64,000 nucleotides of DNA from Planctomycetia bacterium (GCA_005790545.1 SXUL01000122.1:7249-71248); one strand, 5' to 3'. Positions 10,068 to 21,165 are shown, counted from the first letter of the stretch. Made by a program: numbers and translations. Notes: generated by a model from the letters alone, not told the origin.

Positions 10068-11006
10068 ATGAGTGTCAGCCGAGGACGCCGCTCGAAGCCA
10101 GCCCCGACTGGGTCACGCCCGCATCCGGTCGTGATTGCCAGCACGCTCGGCATTCACGCACTGCTGTTCGTGGTTGCGTCCAGGACGCTTGTCGAGCAAC
10201 CCGTTCCGTGCCTGAGAGCCAGCTTGCCCATCGAGGTGCGTCTGCGCTTTGAAGAGAGTGGGGCGGTTGCAATCACCGGCGACACTGCGCTTGCGCCAGA
10301 CACAGCGGCGCACCCGATCGCTCAAGCTGACATTCCACTCATCCAGCTTCAGACACCCGCGCCGGTTCAGAGCATCGAGCCTCGCAATGTTGATGCTCCC
10401 GCCCCGCTGTCGGCAAAGCTCGAGCAGTCTCTCGAGCCACCTGCCAACGTCGTGGAGGCCAACATTGGAACAGAGACTTCCGATGTACCGCCGGAGCTCC
10501 GCGCAACGATGGACGCTTCACCTGCTGCGCAAGAGGTCGAGATTCAACGCGCGGCGGGGATCGATGCGGGAAGCACAACCGCAACAACCACCGCCTCGCC
10601 TGTCGCAAAGACAGGGGCCGGCTTCACACCCGGCAACGGAATCGTGTCTGGCTCCGCCGCTGCGTCGCAAGATGAAGCACGCGACAGGAGTGGCCTCTCG
10701 AGTGCAGCAGGTTCCGCACAAGGCAACGCCCTTGGTGGCTTTGTTCCCGCAACTCTCCGCACGGCAGTGAGGGTCCCGCGCTTCCTCGCGCGTGCGGCCG
10801 CGCGCTTCTCCTGGCGCGGTGATATTGAAGTGCTCGTGGAACTCGATGCGGCCGGCCGACCGCTGGCAGCCGCCTTGCACCGCTCCTCCGGTCATACGGA
10901 CCTCGATGAGGCGGCCCGTCGCGCCGCGCTCGGATTCACCTTCGCGCCAGCCAGCAAGGACGGCGTCGCCGTGGCGACGCGCATCCTGGTGCCCTTCCGG
11001 TTCTGA
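10068..11006 (+). CDS. TonB-family energy transducer (C-terminal TonB domain)
   Basis: N-terminal TM helix, Pro/Ala-rich spacer and a C-terminal TonB-like fold (...RGDIEVLVELDAAGRPLAAALHRSSGHTDLDEAARRA...). Convergent with the TonB-dependent receptor. Confidence 0.55.
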   Translation: MSVSRGRRSKPAPTGSRPHPVVIASTLGIHALLFVVASRTLVEQPVPCLRASLPIEVRLRFEESGAVAITGDTALAPDTAAHPIAQADIPLIQLQTPAPVQSIEPRNVDAPAPLSAKLEQSLEPPANVVEANIGTETSDVPPELRATMDASPAAQEVEIQRAAGIDAGSTTATTTASPVAKTGAGFTPGNGIVSGSAAASQDEARDRSGLSSAAGSAQGNALGGFVPATLRTAVRVPRFLARAAARFSWRGDIEVLVELDAAGRPLAAALHRSSGHTDLDEAARRAALGFTFAPASKDGVAVATRILVPFRF

Positions 11007-13148
11007 TCAGAAGCGCGTTTCCACGCCCAGCACGAGGTTGAATCCAGCCTCCTGCACTCCGGATCCGTGAACGCGATACTCCACATCGCCGACATTGGCG
11101 AGAGAGAGCCACGCATCCGTCGCAGCGCTCACCTTCCAGCGCGCGTCGAGGCCGATGATCGTGTAACCCGGACTGCCTCCCGGCGGCATGCGCTGCGTGT
11201 CCCGGATGTCAGAAGCGGAAAGCCTGTCTTGGTGGGCCACCATCTGCACTGAGGGTTGCAATGTGAAGCGGCCATCATCGATCTCCCAACGCAGCCCGAG
11301 CATGCCCTGAATGGGTGTGAGTCGCGAGGGCGCACCGAACACAGGCGCCGTCGAGTTCGAGGGATAGTCGAGCATGGACCCATCCGTGAGCGTGCAGGTT
11401 CCGAACAGGGTCCAGTCCTTGCCGAGGTCGCGGCTGAGAGCGAGATCAACGCCTTGCAGAAAACCCTCTCCAGCATTCGACTTCGTGACCACCGTATTGG
11501 CGCCGATGGTCTGTGCGGTGCGCTGCCGGATGATGAGATCCTCACCGCGCGTGTGCCAGAGTGCGAGCGAGCCCTGCCACTCCTCCTCATCCATATGCAC
11601 ACCAACTTCAATGGTGAGGAATCGTTCGGGGTCGAGGCCGGCCACGGGCACTTCCACCTCGTTCGAGCGCGCCACGTCGAAGGCGGTGAGATCGCTCAAG
11701 GTGGGCGCACGGAACGACTGGGAGACACCAGCCCATGTGTTGCATGTATCGCTGAACTCGCGGTTCACACGCACCGAAGCTACGGCCGAGGCAAACTCAT
11801 CTTCGATGCGCATGAGCGCGTTGGGAGATACGCTGGTGTCAGCCACCCGGTCAGCGGAAACCGAAGCGAGACTTGCGCGCAATCCCAGCAGCGCGGACCA
11901 ACCGCTCCCCAGCTCGATGTCGTCCTGCACGAAGAGTCCGGCGAGGTCACTCGCGGCATCATCACCCACCGGGCCCTGAATGCCGGAACTCGTGTAGACA
12001 CCGCTCGCGTTGTAGTTGTCGCGCCACGAATCCACCCTGTCGTGCCACCAATCGAGGCCGAGCACGAGGTCGCCGACGGCGCTCTCGATCGTGCCCTGCA
12101 CGACCAGCCCGAGCGTATCCACGTCGAACCCCTGCATTTCCGTGTTGCCGTTCGAACGCACGCGCCGGGACGTGACGTCGAGTGTCTGTATGGCGACGCG
12201 GAACTCGAGACTGCTGAACAGTCCACCCAAGCCAGTTCCGGCAAGGCTGAGAGCGGCGAGCTCGCGGCCGTAGTCGTTTTCCAGCATGCGATCCGTGCCC
12301 ACGGTGGTGCCGTGATATGGGACCGCAAAGAGCGTGCGGTGAGTCCGGTCGATGCCGTCAAGATCGGCCAACTGCGCGAGGAGCTTCGCGGTCCACTGAT
12401 CGCTGATAGCCCACTGGATATTGGCGTCGGCGAAGCCTGTCCGGTAACCGGTCATGGGCTGGCGTCCGCCATTGCCCTGATCAAGATCTCCGAAGTGTGC
12501 AAAGCTCGTTCCTGCGACGAATCCGACCTTCCCCGTGGAGCCTGAGACCTCTCCCCGGCCGGTGATCGAAGCTTCTGCGGTCGAATAGCGACTGACGAAG
12601 CGGAACTCCGTCGCCGTGGCCTTCCGCGGATCGCGCAAGCGCGGAATGGCATTGATGACGCCACCGACTGCGTCGGATCCGAAGAGCACCGAGCCAGGCC
12701 CCATGACCACTTCCATGCGCTCTGTCGAAAGCGCATCCACGCTGCCGCTGTATTCGTTGGGACCATTGCGCCAGACCGAGTTGTTCAGCCGCAACCCGTC
12801 CACCAGCCACAGCGTGTGATACCCCGTCTGACCGCGGATGTACGGACTCGACTGGCCGTAGCTGGTGCTTTGGAGCGACACACCGGGCAGGCCTCGCAGC
12901 GCCTCCTGGATGCTGCGTGCTCCTTCGAGTTTCACGCCGGACACCACGTGCGCCTCGTGCGGCACACCGAGGAGTTGCACCGGCTCCCGCAGCGGCGTCA
13001 CGAGGATGGTGTCGATGCGCGTCACTGCTTCGTCCACAGCCTCACCGACCGTGCGCGGCTGTGGCGCCACGGGCGGGTCCTGAGCAAACAACACAACCGG
13101 CATCGCAAGAAGCAAGGCCAGACCATGGGATGGGCGCAGTGTCAGCAT
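11007..13148 (-). CDS. TonB-dependent outer-membrane receptor
   Basis: Signal peptide; plug-domain motifs; 22-strand barrel ending in the aromatic C-terminus ...LGVETRF. Start set at MLTLRPSHGLALLLAMPVVLFAQ. Confidence 0.8.
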   Translation of the reverse strand: MLTLRPSHGLALLLAMPVVLFAQDPPVAPQPRTVGEAVDEAVTRIDTILVTPLREPVQLLGVPHEAHVVSGVKLEGARSIQEALRGLPGVSLQSTSYGQSSPYIRGQTGYHTLWLVDGLRLNNSVWRNGPNEYSGSVDALSTERMEVVMGPGSVLFGSDAVGGVINAIPRLRDPRKATATEFRFVSRYSTAEASITGRGEVSGSTGKVGFVAGTSFAHFGDLDQGNGGRQPMTGYRTGFADANIQWAISDQWTAKLLAQLADLDGIDRTHRTLFAVPYHGTTVGTDRMLENDYGRELAALSLAGTGLGGLFSSLEFRVAIQTLDVTSRRVRSNGNTEMQGFDVDTLGLVVQGTIESAVGDLVLGLDWWHDRVDSWRDNYNASGVYTSSGIQGPVGDDAASDLAGLFVQDDIELGSGWSALLGLRASLASVSADRVADTSVSPNALMRIEDEFASAVASVRVNREFSDTCNTWAGVSQSFRAPTLSDLTAFDVARSNEVEVPVAGLDPERFLTIEVGVHMDEEEWQGSLALWHTRGEDLIIRQRTAQTIGANTVVTKSNAGEGFLQGVDLALSRDLGKDWTLFGTCTLTDGSMLDYPSNSTAPVFGAPSRLTPIQGMLGLRWEIDDGRFTLQPSVQMVAHQDRLSASDIRDTQRMPPGGSPGYTIIGLDARWKVSAATDAWLSLANVGDVEYRVHGSGVQEAGFNLVLGVETRF

Positions 13149-13190
13149 GATAGTGAGACGGTAAGCGCCTCGAACTGAGCTGGGGTTCAA

Positions 13191-13994
13191 TCAGCCGCGC
13201 GAAAAGAACCCGAGTCCCTGCGTCAACCGTCCGCCAGCGTGCCCAGCCACACCCACCGCGATGGCGGCTGCAGTCAGTGCCACCAGATAGAGCTTCCGCC
13301 AGAGTGACGAGCTTCCAGCCCAGCGGAGACACAGCAGCGCCGCGAGGAGTGCTCCGAAAGTTATCCAAGCCCAGAGCTCGTGAGTTTCGAGTACTGCGTG
13401 TCTTGCGCCGGTGAACTCAAGGCTCTCCTCGCGCTGTTCTCCGAGCACGATGGCCGCCATGGCGGAGGCTGCGGCGCCGAGGAGGAGCGGCACTGCCGCT
13501 GCATGTGGACGTGGTCGCCTGCGGACCAGCGCCAGCCATTCCAACCAGCACGCGAAGAGCGTGAGAGCCACGGGGAAGTGCACCATCACGACATGAAAGC
13601 GTCCGATCCACTCGAGGAACGGAATCTGATCGGGATCGGAGGCTGTCGGCGCGGAATTCGACGCAGCCCTTGCTGCGCCCTCCACCGCCCCCGCCACCGG
13701 TGCCACGCTGGGCGCCGCAACAACAACCTGCGCCGGAGCGACGCTGACGAACTGTGGAAGGGAGGCCAGATACTTCGTCGGATCCTTGAAGAACAAGCGC
13801 TTGCACTTCTTGCAGCAGAGATTGATGAGCTTGCCCTGATACTCGATGACGACGGGCTTTTCGCCGACTGGCTCGCCCTCCATCACAGGACAAATCTCAT
13901 TTGCGCCGCGTCGCGGCGGAGCGTCGTCCTCCTGCACTGTTGCGGCGGCGAGGAGGAGAGCCCCCAACGCAAGAAGTGCAAGGAGGATGCGCAT
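13191..13994 (-). CDS. signal-peptide protein with one cysteine-rich YHS-like domain fused to a polytopic membrane domain
   Basis: CPVMEGEPV-x13-LINLCCKKCKRLFFKDPTKYL resembles the YHS metal-binding domain but has CC in place of FCS. It is followed by 4-5 TM helices. Confidence 0.55.
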   Translation of the reverse strand: MRILLALLALGALLLAAATVQEDDAPPRRGANEICPVMEGEPVGEKPVVIEYQGKLINLCCKKCKRLFFKDPTKYLASLPQFVSVAPAQVVVAAPSVAPVAGAVEGAARAASNSAPTASDPDQIPFLEWIGRFHVVMVHFPVALTLFACWLEWLALVRRRPRPHAAAVPLLLGAAASAMAAIVLGEQREESLEFTGARHAVLETHELWAWITFGALLAALLCLRWAGSSSLWRKLYLVALTAAAIAVGVAGHAGGRLTQGLGFFSRG

Positions 13995-13996
13995 GG

Positions 13997-14614
13997 TCAG
14001 CGGCCTCCGCCACTCCCGGTACCACCACCCGCAGGAGCCTGACCATCCTTCTTGGGCTGTGGCAAGTTCTTCAGGTGCTTCTCGGCCTCGAAATCATCCA
14101 CGCAGGAATCGCAGCAGAGGTCGATGAGCTGTCCTTTGAAGAGAATGAAGTACGCGGCATCCACATCCTCCTCCGGCATCACCGGGCACTTGGTGTTGCC
14201 CACGACGACCAGATCCTTGTGAATCGCCATGGTGAGGAACCGCGCAGGACTCTGCTTGAACTTCCCGATGCACTTCTTGCAGCACAGTCCGACCTTGTGG
14301 CCCTGCCAAGTGATGCTCTGATCGGGCTTCACGGCCTTGGGCATGCAGGGACAACGTTCGTTCTTGACTTCGACGACTTTGTCTGCGGGATAGGCGACCT
14401 TCTTCGCCGCAGCAATGTCCTCGTTTGCCTTCTTCCGGCATTCCTTGCTGCACACGTGAACACGCTCTCCATCGGATTCGAGGTAGAGCTTCCGGTTCAC
14501 TTCCTTGCCATCCACGGGGCACTTCGCGTTGCCGTAGAAGGGCTGGACGGCTTTGTCTTGTGCGAAAAACACGCTTGCCACAGCGCACAACACGAGCAGG
14601 AAACGCATGGACAT
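13997..14614 (-). CDS. secreted protein made of three cysteine-rich YHS-like repeats
   Basis: Signal peptide MSMRFLLVLCAVASVFFAQ, then three repeats CPVDG...VHVCSKECRKK, CPCMP...VGLCCKKCIGKF and CPVMP...LIDLCCDSCVDDF. The long ORF-finder ORF (654 aa) is an antisense extension and was trimmed. Confidence 0.6.
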   Translation of the reverse strand: MSMRFLLVLCAVASVFFAQDKAVQPFYGNAKCPVDGKEVNRKLYLESDGERVHVCSKECRKKANEDIAAAKKVAYPADKVVEVKNERCPCMPKAVKPDQSITWQGHKVGLCCKKCIGKFKQSPARFLTMAIHKDLVVVGNTKCPVMPEEDVDAAYFILFKGQLIDLCCDSCVDDFEAEKHLKNLPQPKKDGQAPAGGGTGSGGGR

Positions 14615-14686
14615 CTTCAACTCTCCCTTGGCGCACATGGTACCAGCGGCCCTTGACGGGAAGCAGCCGCCACGGATGCTCACGTC

Positions 14687-16117
14687 ATGTCCTACGCGGC
14701 GTCCACACGCAGCCTCCTCTTGGTGATGATCGCAGCGTCCGCGCTGGCCTTGGGGTTCATTCTCTTCGTTCCACCGCTCCCGCAGGATCCCGGCTACCAC
14801 GCGTTTCACGCGCAATGCGAGTGGGCAGGCATTCCGCACGCAGAACTGGTGCTGACAAACATCTTCTTTCTTTGCGCTGCCGCGCGTGGCTCGGCCGCCA
14901 TCGCCGCAGCTCGACGCCGCGGTACGGGGATCCCGGAACTCTTGCCGTGGATCACGGCCACTGTCGGAGTGTTCCTCACGGCCTTCGGTTCCGCCTGGTA
15001 CCACCTCGCGCCTTCCAACGAGACTCTCGTCTTCGATCGCCTGCCCATGACCATCGCCTTTGCAGGCCTGACAGCCGGTGCGATCAAGGAGTGCCTCGGA
15101 GTCAAGGCAGCGCTCGCGACTCTCGTCGTCATGCTGCCCCTCGGCATCGCGAGCGTGCTTGCGTGGCATGCCTCGGAGCTTCGGGGCCATGGTGATCTCC
15201 GTTTCTACGGTCTGATTCAGTTCCTGCCTCTGCTGGTGCTGCCTCTCATCTTCTGGATGACGCGGCCGCGTTGCACAGGGCTCGGCGCGTTTCTGATCGC
15301 GCTCCTCTGCTACGTCGCCGCGAAGGTGCTGGAAGGTCTCGACGCCCAACTCGGCCATGCACTGCTCTTCTCGGGGCATGGCTGGAAACACATGCTCGCT
15401 GCCGGGGCGGCGGCCACGCTGCTCACCTTTCCGGCGCGCGCGCGCGCACTGCCCGCGCTCGGTGACGCTCTGTGCGCTCGCATCGTGAAGGTGCAAAAGG
15501 AGGATCTCTTTGGTGTGGTCGCGCGCGCGGACCTCGCCGGCACGCCCGTCGCACTGCGCGATATCCGCTCCGCTCGTTGGTGGACCAAACCCATTGCCAC
15601 GCTGCTTTTCTGGAACGAAGAGGTGGCGCTCGCAGCGCTTCACGACACGGACAAGAAACACCTGCCGACGCTGGTCGGGCGCGCGCGCGGCATGCTGCTC
15701 CGCAGTTGGATCAGTGGTCTGCCGCTCATGGATGCGCCGCCTCCCACGGTGGAGGCCTTTGTGGAAGCGCGCGCGCTGCTGCGGAAGCTCCGGCGTCTCG
15801 GCGTCACTCACAACGACACGCACAAGCCTCCGAACTGGATCGTGCTCGAGGATGGATCGCTCGCCCTCATCGATTTTCAGCTCGCCCGCGTGCATGTGCG
15901 TAGAGGACCGTTCTTCCGCATGCTGGCGCGCGAGGATCTGCGCCACCTCTTGAAACAACAACAGCGCTTCCGGCCGGGCTCGCTCACTCCGCGGGGGCTC
16001 TCGTTGCTGCGGAACAAGGCACCCACAGCCCGACTCTGGCGCGCGCTGGCGAAACCGCTCTATGTGCTGGTGACTCGGAAACTCCTCAAATGGCAGGACC
16101 GCGAGGGCCGCGGCTGA
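14687..16117 (+). CDS. fusion protein: ceramidase-like 7-TM domain + Kdo/WaaP-family (lipopolysaccharide kinase-like) kinase domain
   Basis: The N-terminal 250 aa are polytopic with a WYHL...FDRLPM motif, as in the alkaline ceramidase family. The C-terminal domain has GVTHNDTHKPPNWIVLEDGSLALIDFQLA, the HxD...N...IDFxxA catalytic core of Kdo kinase/RIO-like kinases. Confidence 0.5.
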   Translation: MSYAASTRSLLLVMIAASALALGFILFVPPLPQDPGYHAFHAQCEWAGIPHAELVLTNIFFLCAAARGSAAIAAARRRGTGIPELLPWITATVGVFLTAFGSAWYHLAPSNETLVFDRLPMTIAFAGLTAGAIKECLGVKAALATLVVMLPLGIASVLAWHASELRGHGDLRFYGLIQFLPLLVLPLIFWMTRPRCTGLGAFLIALLCYVAAKVLEGLDAQLGHALLFSGHGWKHMLAAGAAATLLTFPARARALPALGDALCARIVKVQKEDLFGVVARADLAGTPVALRDIRSARWWTKPIATLLFWNEEVALAALHDTDKKHLPTLVGRARGMLLRSWISGLPLMDAPPPTVEAFVEARALLRKLRRLGVTHNDTHKPPNWIVLEDGSLALIDFQLARVHVRRGPFFRMLAREDLRHLLKQQQRFRPGSLTPRGLSLLRNKAPTARLWRALAKPLYVLVTRKLLKWQDREGRG

Positions 16118-16708
16118 TCAGAGCTGAGTGAGTTTGAGTTCGCGCAACCAGAAGAACTCGCCCTCTCCCGTGAGCGCGAGGTGGCCTCGCGGTGGAGCCG
16201 CAACTTCCGCCTCCGCGGTCACGGTGCCGTTGATGCACACCGTCAACTTCTGTCCCTGCATCCGGATCACGAGCTTGTTCCATGCACCCGTGGGTTCCAT
16301 GGCCGCAGCACGTGCGGGCATGACACCGCGGATGCTGCCCGCCGGGTCCTTGCCCGCCGCACCGGCGAGTTGGTCCGCCAGCACGACCACCGGGGCCTTT
16401 CCGAGTGTGCCATCGCCGGGAGCGCGTACGGCGATACCCGCGCTGGAGCCGGCATCGCTGCGGATATCGCAACGGAGCTCGAAATCCCCCAGTTCCTCGG
16501 CGTACGTCAGGGTGCCGGGCTCATCCCCGCAAGCGAGCACTCCCCCCTCGATCATGAAGGAACGCACACCGCCGGTGACGATCCACCCGGCGTAGCTTGT
16601 GCCGTTGAAAATCGTCGCAGCTTGAGGTGAAAGCGTGTGCTCCTCTTTCGCGGAGCATGCGCCAAGGAGGAACAGCATGGGCAAGAGCACTCGTGCGGAT
16701 GTGCGCAT
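16118..16708 (-). CDS. DUF1080 family (3-keto-disaccharide hydrolase-like) lipoprotein
   Basis: Signal/lipobox MRTSARVLLPMLFLLGACS. Family hallmarks: IFNGTSYAGW near the N-terminus and GHLALTGEGEFFWLRELKL at the C-terminus. Confidence 0.6.
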   Translation of the reverse strand: MRTSARVLLPMLFLLGACSAKEEHTLSPQAATIFNGTSYAGWIVTGGVRSFMIEGGVLACGDEPGTLTYAEELGDFELRCDIRSDAGSSAGIAVRAPGDGTLGKAPVVVLADQLAGAAGKDPAGSIRGVMPARAAAMEPTGAWNKLVIRMQGQKLTVCINGTVTAEAEVAAPPRGHLALTGEGEFFWLRELKLTQL

Positions 16709-16728
16709 GGGCCTAGTATAGGAAGCGC

Positions 16729-17174
16729 ATGCCTCCGGATGCTCCTGCACTTCGATTCACGGCCCACGCTTTCGCGGAGCTGACACCCGCCCTGCTGCAC
16801 GAGATCCTGCGCCGGCGCGCAGAGGTGTTCGTGATGGAGCAACGCTGCTTCTATCTTGATCCCGACGAACACGATCCTGAGGCGCGCCACGTCGTGGGCT
16901 GGCTCGATGACCGCATCGTGGCCGGTGCCAGACACTTCCCCTGGCAGGGCCGCCGGAAGATCGGGCGCGTGCTCACCACCAAGGACGTGCGCGGGACGGG
17001 CACAGGACGCGCGCTCATGCGGGCAGTGCTCGCGGATATCGGCCCAGTGGAAACCGTCCTTGAAGCGCAGGCCTATCTCCAGCGCTTCTACGAGTTCTTC
17101 GGCTGGAAGGCCGAGGGCGGCGTCTACGACCTCGACGACATGCCACACATCTTCATGCGCCGCCCGGCGGGCGG

Positions 17175-17178
<4 letters not shown>
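16729..17178 (+). CDS. GNAT family N-acetyltransferase
   Basis: Acetyl-CoA binding motif VRGTGTGRALM; size about 149 aa. Confidence 0.65.
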
Positions 17179-17680
<502 letters not shown>

Positions 17681-17681
<1 letters not shown>

Positions 17682-19189
17682 CAGCCACCCCTCATGGCGT
17701 TGCGACGCCCTTCGAGTTTCCACGGATCGGGGCTGGCGAGCCCTTGTGCGCCCTGCGGCCGGCCGCGGCGCGCCGTTTCGGCACTCACCGCCACCGCCAC
17801 CATGGCCGCCGCAAGCAGCACATCCTCCGGCACACCGTTCGCTTGCATGCGACCGATGAGCCCGGTGTCGTAGGTGCCCGAGGCGAATTCCTCTCCGCGT
17901 ACCACCCTTCCGAGGAAGGCGATGTTGGTGCGCAGGTCCGCGATCTTCATTTCCGCGAGCGCCTGCTTCATGCGCGTGAGTGCTTCATCACGATCGCGCC
18001 CGTGCACGATGAGCTTTGCCAACAATGAGTCGTACCAGAGCGTGATCTCGAGGCCGGCGAACAGCGCCGAATCCAGACGCACGCCCGGGCCACCCGGCAG
18101 TGCGAGCGCATCCACGCGCCCGATGCAGGGCAGGAACCCGTTGTCCGGATCTTCGGCACAGATGCGCGCTTCGATGGCGTGCCCGCGTTGCGCGAGGTCT
18201 TCCTGCCGGAACGACAGCGGCAGGCCGGCAGCCACGCGAATCTGTTCGCGCACGAGATCCACACCGCAGACAAGCTCGGTGACAGGATGTTCGACCTGCA
18301 AGCGGGTGTTCACTTCAAGGAAGTAGAACTCGCGCTGTGCATCCACGAGAAACTCGAAGGTACCCGCGCCCGTGTACCCGATGGCACGCGCCGCCTGGAC
18401 GGCTGTCGCCCCCATGCGCTCGCGCAGAGCGGGTGTCACAAAAGGACTCGGCGATTCTTCGAGCACCTTCTGGTGGCGGCGCTGCACGCTGCATTCGCGC
18501 TCGAAGAGATGAACCACGTTGCCGTGCGTGTCGCCGAAGATCTGGATCTCGATGTGGTGCGGGTTCTCGACGTAGCGCTCGATGTAGACCGTGCCATCAC
18601 CAAATGCGGTCCGGGCTTCACCCTCGGCGCGCTCGTAGGCCGGGAGCAGCTCCGCTTCCGCCCGCACGATGCGGATGCCCTTCCCACCGCCACCGGCACT
18701 GGCCTTGAGCATCAAGGGGTAGCCGACCTCGCGCGCGCTCTCGACGAGGTTCTCGCGCGTGATGCCGCTCTTCCCGGGAACCAGCGGCACGCCCGCGCGA
18801 CTCATGGTTTCCCGTGCGCGGATCTTGTCGCCCATGGCCGTGATCACTTCCGGGGACGGGCCGATGAAGGTGAGACCCGCGGCCGCAACCGCGCGCGCGA
18901 AGGCCGCGTTCTCCGACAGGAATCCGGAGCCGGGATGGATGGCGTCCGCACCGGTCGCCTTCGCGGCGATGAGAAGAAGCGACTGGTTCAAGTAGGTCTT
19001 CGAGGGCTCGTTCCCGGGCAGATGAAACGCCTCGTCCGCGTAGCGCACGTGCAGCGCGCCGCGATCGGCATCGGACCAGACCGACACGGCCGCCAGACCC
19101 ATTTCGTGGATGGCGCGAATGACGCGCACCGCGATCTCGCCGCGGTTGGCCACGAGCACTTTCTTGATGCCACCCACAGCGCCCCTCAT
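17681..19189 (-). CDS. biotin carboxylase subunit of acyl-CoA (propionyl-CoA) carboxylase
   Basis: ATP-grasp biotin carboxylase: KKVLVANRGEIAVRVIRA, GGGGKGIR and the BC C-terminal domain. Trimmed to MRGAVGGIKK (ATG 19187-19189). Confidence 0.9.
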
Positions 19190-19199
19190 CGGCAGCACC

Positions 19200-20744
19200 T
19201 CACAGCGGAATGTTCCCGTGCTTCCGCGGCGGATTCTTGTCGCGCTTGCCGGCGAGAAGGCGCAGCGCACGGATGAGGCGCGGGCGCGTCTCTTCGGGTT
19301 CGATGATGTCGTCCACGTAGCCGCGGGCCGCCGCGGCAAACGGATTGGCGAAGGTCTCGGTGTATTCGCGCACGAGGCGTTCCTCGACTTCCGCGCGCTT
19401 GTCGCCGGCCTCCTCGATCTCGCGCTTGAAGATGATCTCCACGGCTCCCTTCGGGCCCATGACCGCGATCTCGGCGCCGGGCCAGGCGAGATTCACGTCC
19501 CCGCGAATGTGTTTCGAGGAAAGCACGTCGTATGCGCCCCCATAGGCCTTGCGCGTGATCACGGTCAGCTTCGGCACCGTCGCCTCGCAGTAGGCATAGA
19601 GGAGCTTCGCACCGTGGCGAATGATGCCGCCGTGCTCCTGGGCCAGCCCGGGCATGAAACCCGGCACATCTTCGAACGTGACCAGCGGAATGTTGAAGCA
19701 ATCGCAGAAACGCACGAAGCGCGCGCCCTTCACGGAGGCATCAATGTCGAGAACTCCCGCCAGCACGGCAGGCTGGTTGCCGACGATGCCGACCACGCGG
19801 CCATCGAGATGCGCAAAGCCGGTGATGATGTTCTGTGCAAAACGCGCCTGCACTTCGAAGAAGCGACCATCGTCCACGACGCGGGTGATGACATCCCGGA
19901 TGTCATAGGGCTTGTTCGGCTGCAGCGGCACGATGGAGTTCAACTGCTCGTCGCGCCGCTCCGAAGAATCCTGCGTCGGACGGAGCGGCGGATCCTCCAT
20001 GTTGTTGAGCGGGAGGAAAGAGAGCAGCTCGCGCGTGAGCGCAATGGCTTCCGCGTCCGTGGCCGCGGCGAAGTGCGCGACTCCGGATTTCTCGGCATGC
20101 ACGGCCGTGCCGCCGAGTTGTTCGCTGGTCACCGTCTCGTGAGTCACGGTCTTCACCACGTTCGGCCCCGTGATGAACATGTAGGCGGATTTCTCCGACA
20201 TGATCACGAAGTCGGTGATGGCCGGGCTGTAGACCGCTCCGCCAGCACAAGGCCCGAGGATGCACGAGATCTGCGGCACCACGCCAGAGGCGAGCGTGTT
20301 CCTGAGGAAGATGTCGGCGTAGCCACCCAGGCTCACCACGCCTTCCTGGATGCGTGCGCCACCCGAGTCGTTCAGCCCGATCACGGGCTTGCCGACCTTC
20401 ATGGCCATGTCGAGGAGCTTGCAGATCTTCGCGGCGTGGGCTTCCGAAAGCGACCCGCCGAAGACGGTGAAGTCCTGCGAGAAGACGAAAACCTCGCGGC
20501 CATCCACACGCCCATGGCCGGTCACCACGCCGTCTCCGGGGATGAGCTTTTTCTCCATGCCGAAGTCACGGCAACGGTGCGTGACGAAGGCATCCATCTC
20601 GATGAACGACCCCGGGTCGAGCAGGAGATCGATGCGCTCGCGGGCTGTGAGCTTTCCGCGCGCATGCTGCGCGTCGATCCGGTCTTGTCCGCCGCCGAGG
20701 CGTGCAGCCTCACGCATCTGTTCCAATCGCTGGCGAGGATCCAT
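19200..20744 (-). CDS. pccB: propionyl-CoA carboxylase beta chain / acyl-CoA carboxyltransferase
   Basis: Carboxyltransferase N and C halves: [41 protein letters not shown] and GGAYDV. Trimmed to MDPRQRLEQ. Confidence 0.9.
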   Translation of the reverse strand: MDPRQRLEQMREAARLGGGQDRIDAQHARGKLTARERIDLLLDPGSFIEMDAFVTHRCRDFGMEKKLIPGDGVVTGHGRVDGREVFVFSQDFTVFGGSLSEAHAAKICKLLDMAMKVGKPVIGLNDSGGARIQEGVVSLGGYADIFLRNTLASGVVPQISCILGPCAGGAVYSPAITDFVIMSEKSAYMFITGPNVVKTVTHETVTSEQLGGTAVHAEKSGVAHFAAATDAEAIALTRELLSFLPLNNMEDPPLRPTQDSSERRDEQLNSIVPLQPNKPYDIRDVITRVVDDGRFFEVQARFAQNIITGFAHLDGRVVGIVGNQPAVLAGVLDIDASVKGARFVRFCDCFNIPLVTFEDVPGFMPGLAQEHGGIIRHGAKLLYAYCEATVPKLTVITRKAYGGAYDVLSSKHIRGDVNLAWPGAEIAVMGPKGAVEIIFKREIEEAGDKRAEVEERLVREYTETFANPFAAAARGYVDDIIEPEETRPRLIRALRLLAGKRDKNPPRKHGNIPL

Positions 20745-20760
20745 GGCGCGGGATGCTACC

Positions 20761-21165
20761 TCAGGCTTGCGGCTCGGACAGTTCGATGAGCACGCCGCCG
20801 GTCGATTTCGGATGCACGAACGCCACTTGCCGCCCCTCGGCACCCGGCCGCGGAGCGGCATCGATGAGCTTCAGCCCCGAGGCGGAAAGGCCGGCGAGCA
20901 CGCCCGCGATGCCCTCCACTTCGAGGCAGATGTGATGCAAGCCAGGCCCGCGCTTCGCAAGAAACGCCGTGATGGGTGAAGCCTCATCCAGCGGTTCCAT
21001 CAGTTCCACGCGCTGGCTGCCGAGCAGCAGCACAGCCACGCGCACGCGCTGGTCTTCGACCACCTCGAGTGCATGCAGATGAAAACCCAACGCATCTGTC
21101 CAGAGGGGCAGGACCGTGTCGAGTGATTGCACCGCGATCGCAACGTGATGAATGCCCGTGAGCAT
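20761..21165 (-). CDS. methylmalonyl-CoA epimerase (glyoxalase/VOC family)
   Basis: IHHVAIAV...[11 protein letters not shown], the metal-binding His/Glu pattern of the VOC fold. It sits between the mutase and the carboxylase genes. Confidence 0.75.
   Translation of the reverse strand: MLTGIHHVAIAVQSLDTVLPLWTDALGFHLHALEVVEDQRVRVAVLLLGSQRVELMEPLDEASPITAFLAKRGPGLHHICLEVEGIAGVLAGLSASGLKLIDAAPRPGAEGRQVAFVHPKSTGGVLIELSEPQA

Noticed and set aside
13997-15961. 654-aa minus-strand ORF extending far upstream of the YHS-repeat gene
   Set aside because: Only the C-terminal 205 aa (from MSMRFLLVLC, signal peptide) look protein-like. The N-terminal 450 aa are antisense to the ceramidase/kinase fusion gene and are Arg/Glu/His low-complexity.
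19110-20789. 559-aa plus-strand ORF
   Set aside because: Antisense to pccB/biotin carboxylase, whose translations carry unambiguous carboxyltransferase and biotin-carboxylase motifs. Composition is Arg/His-rich and low in information.
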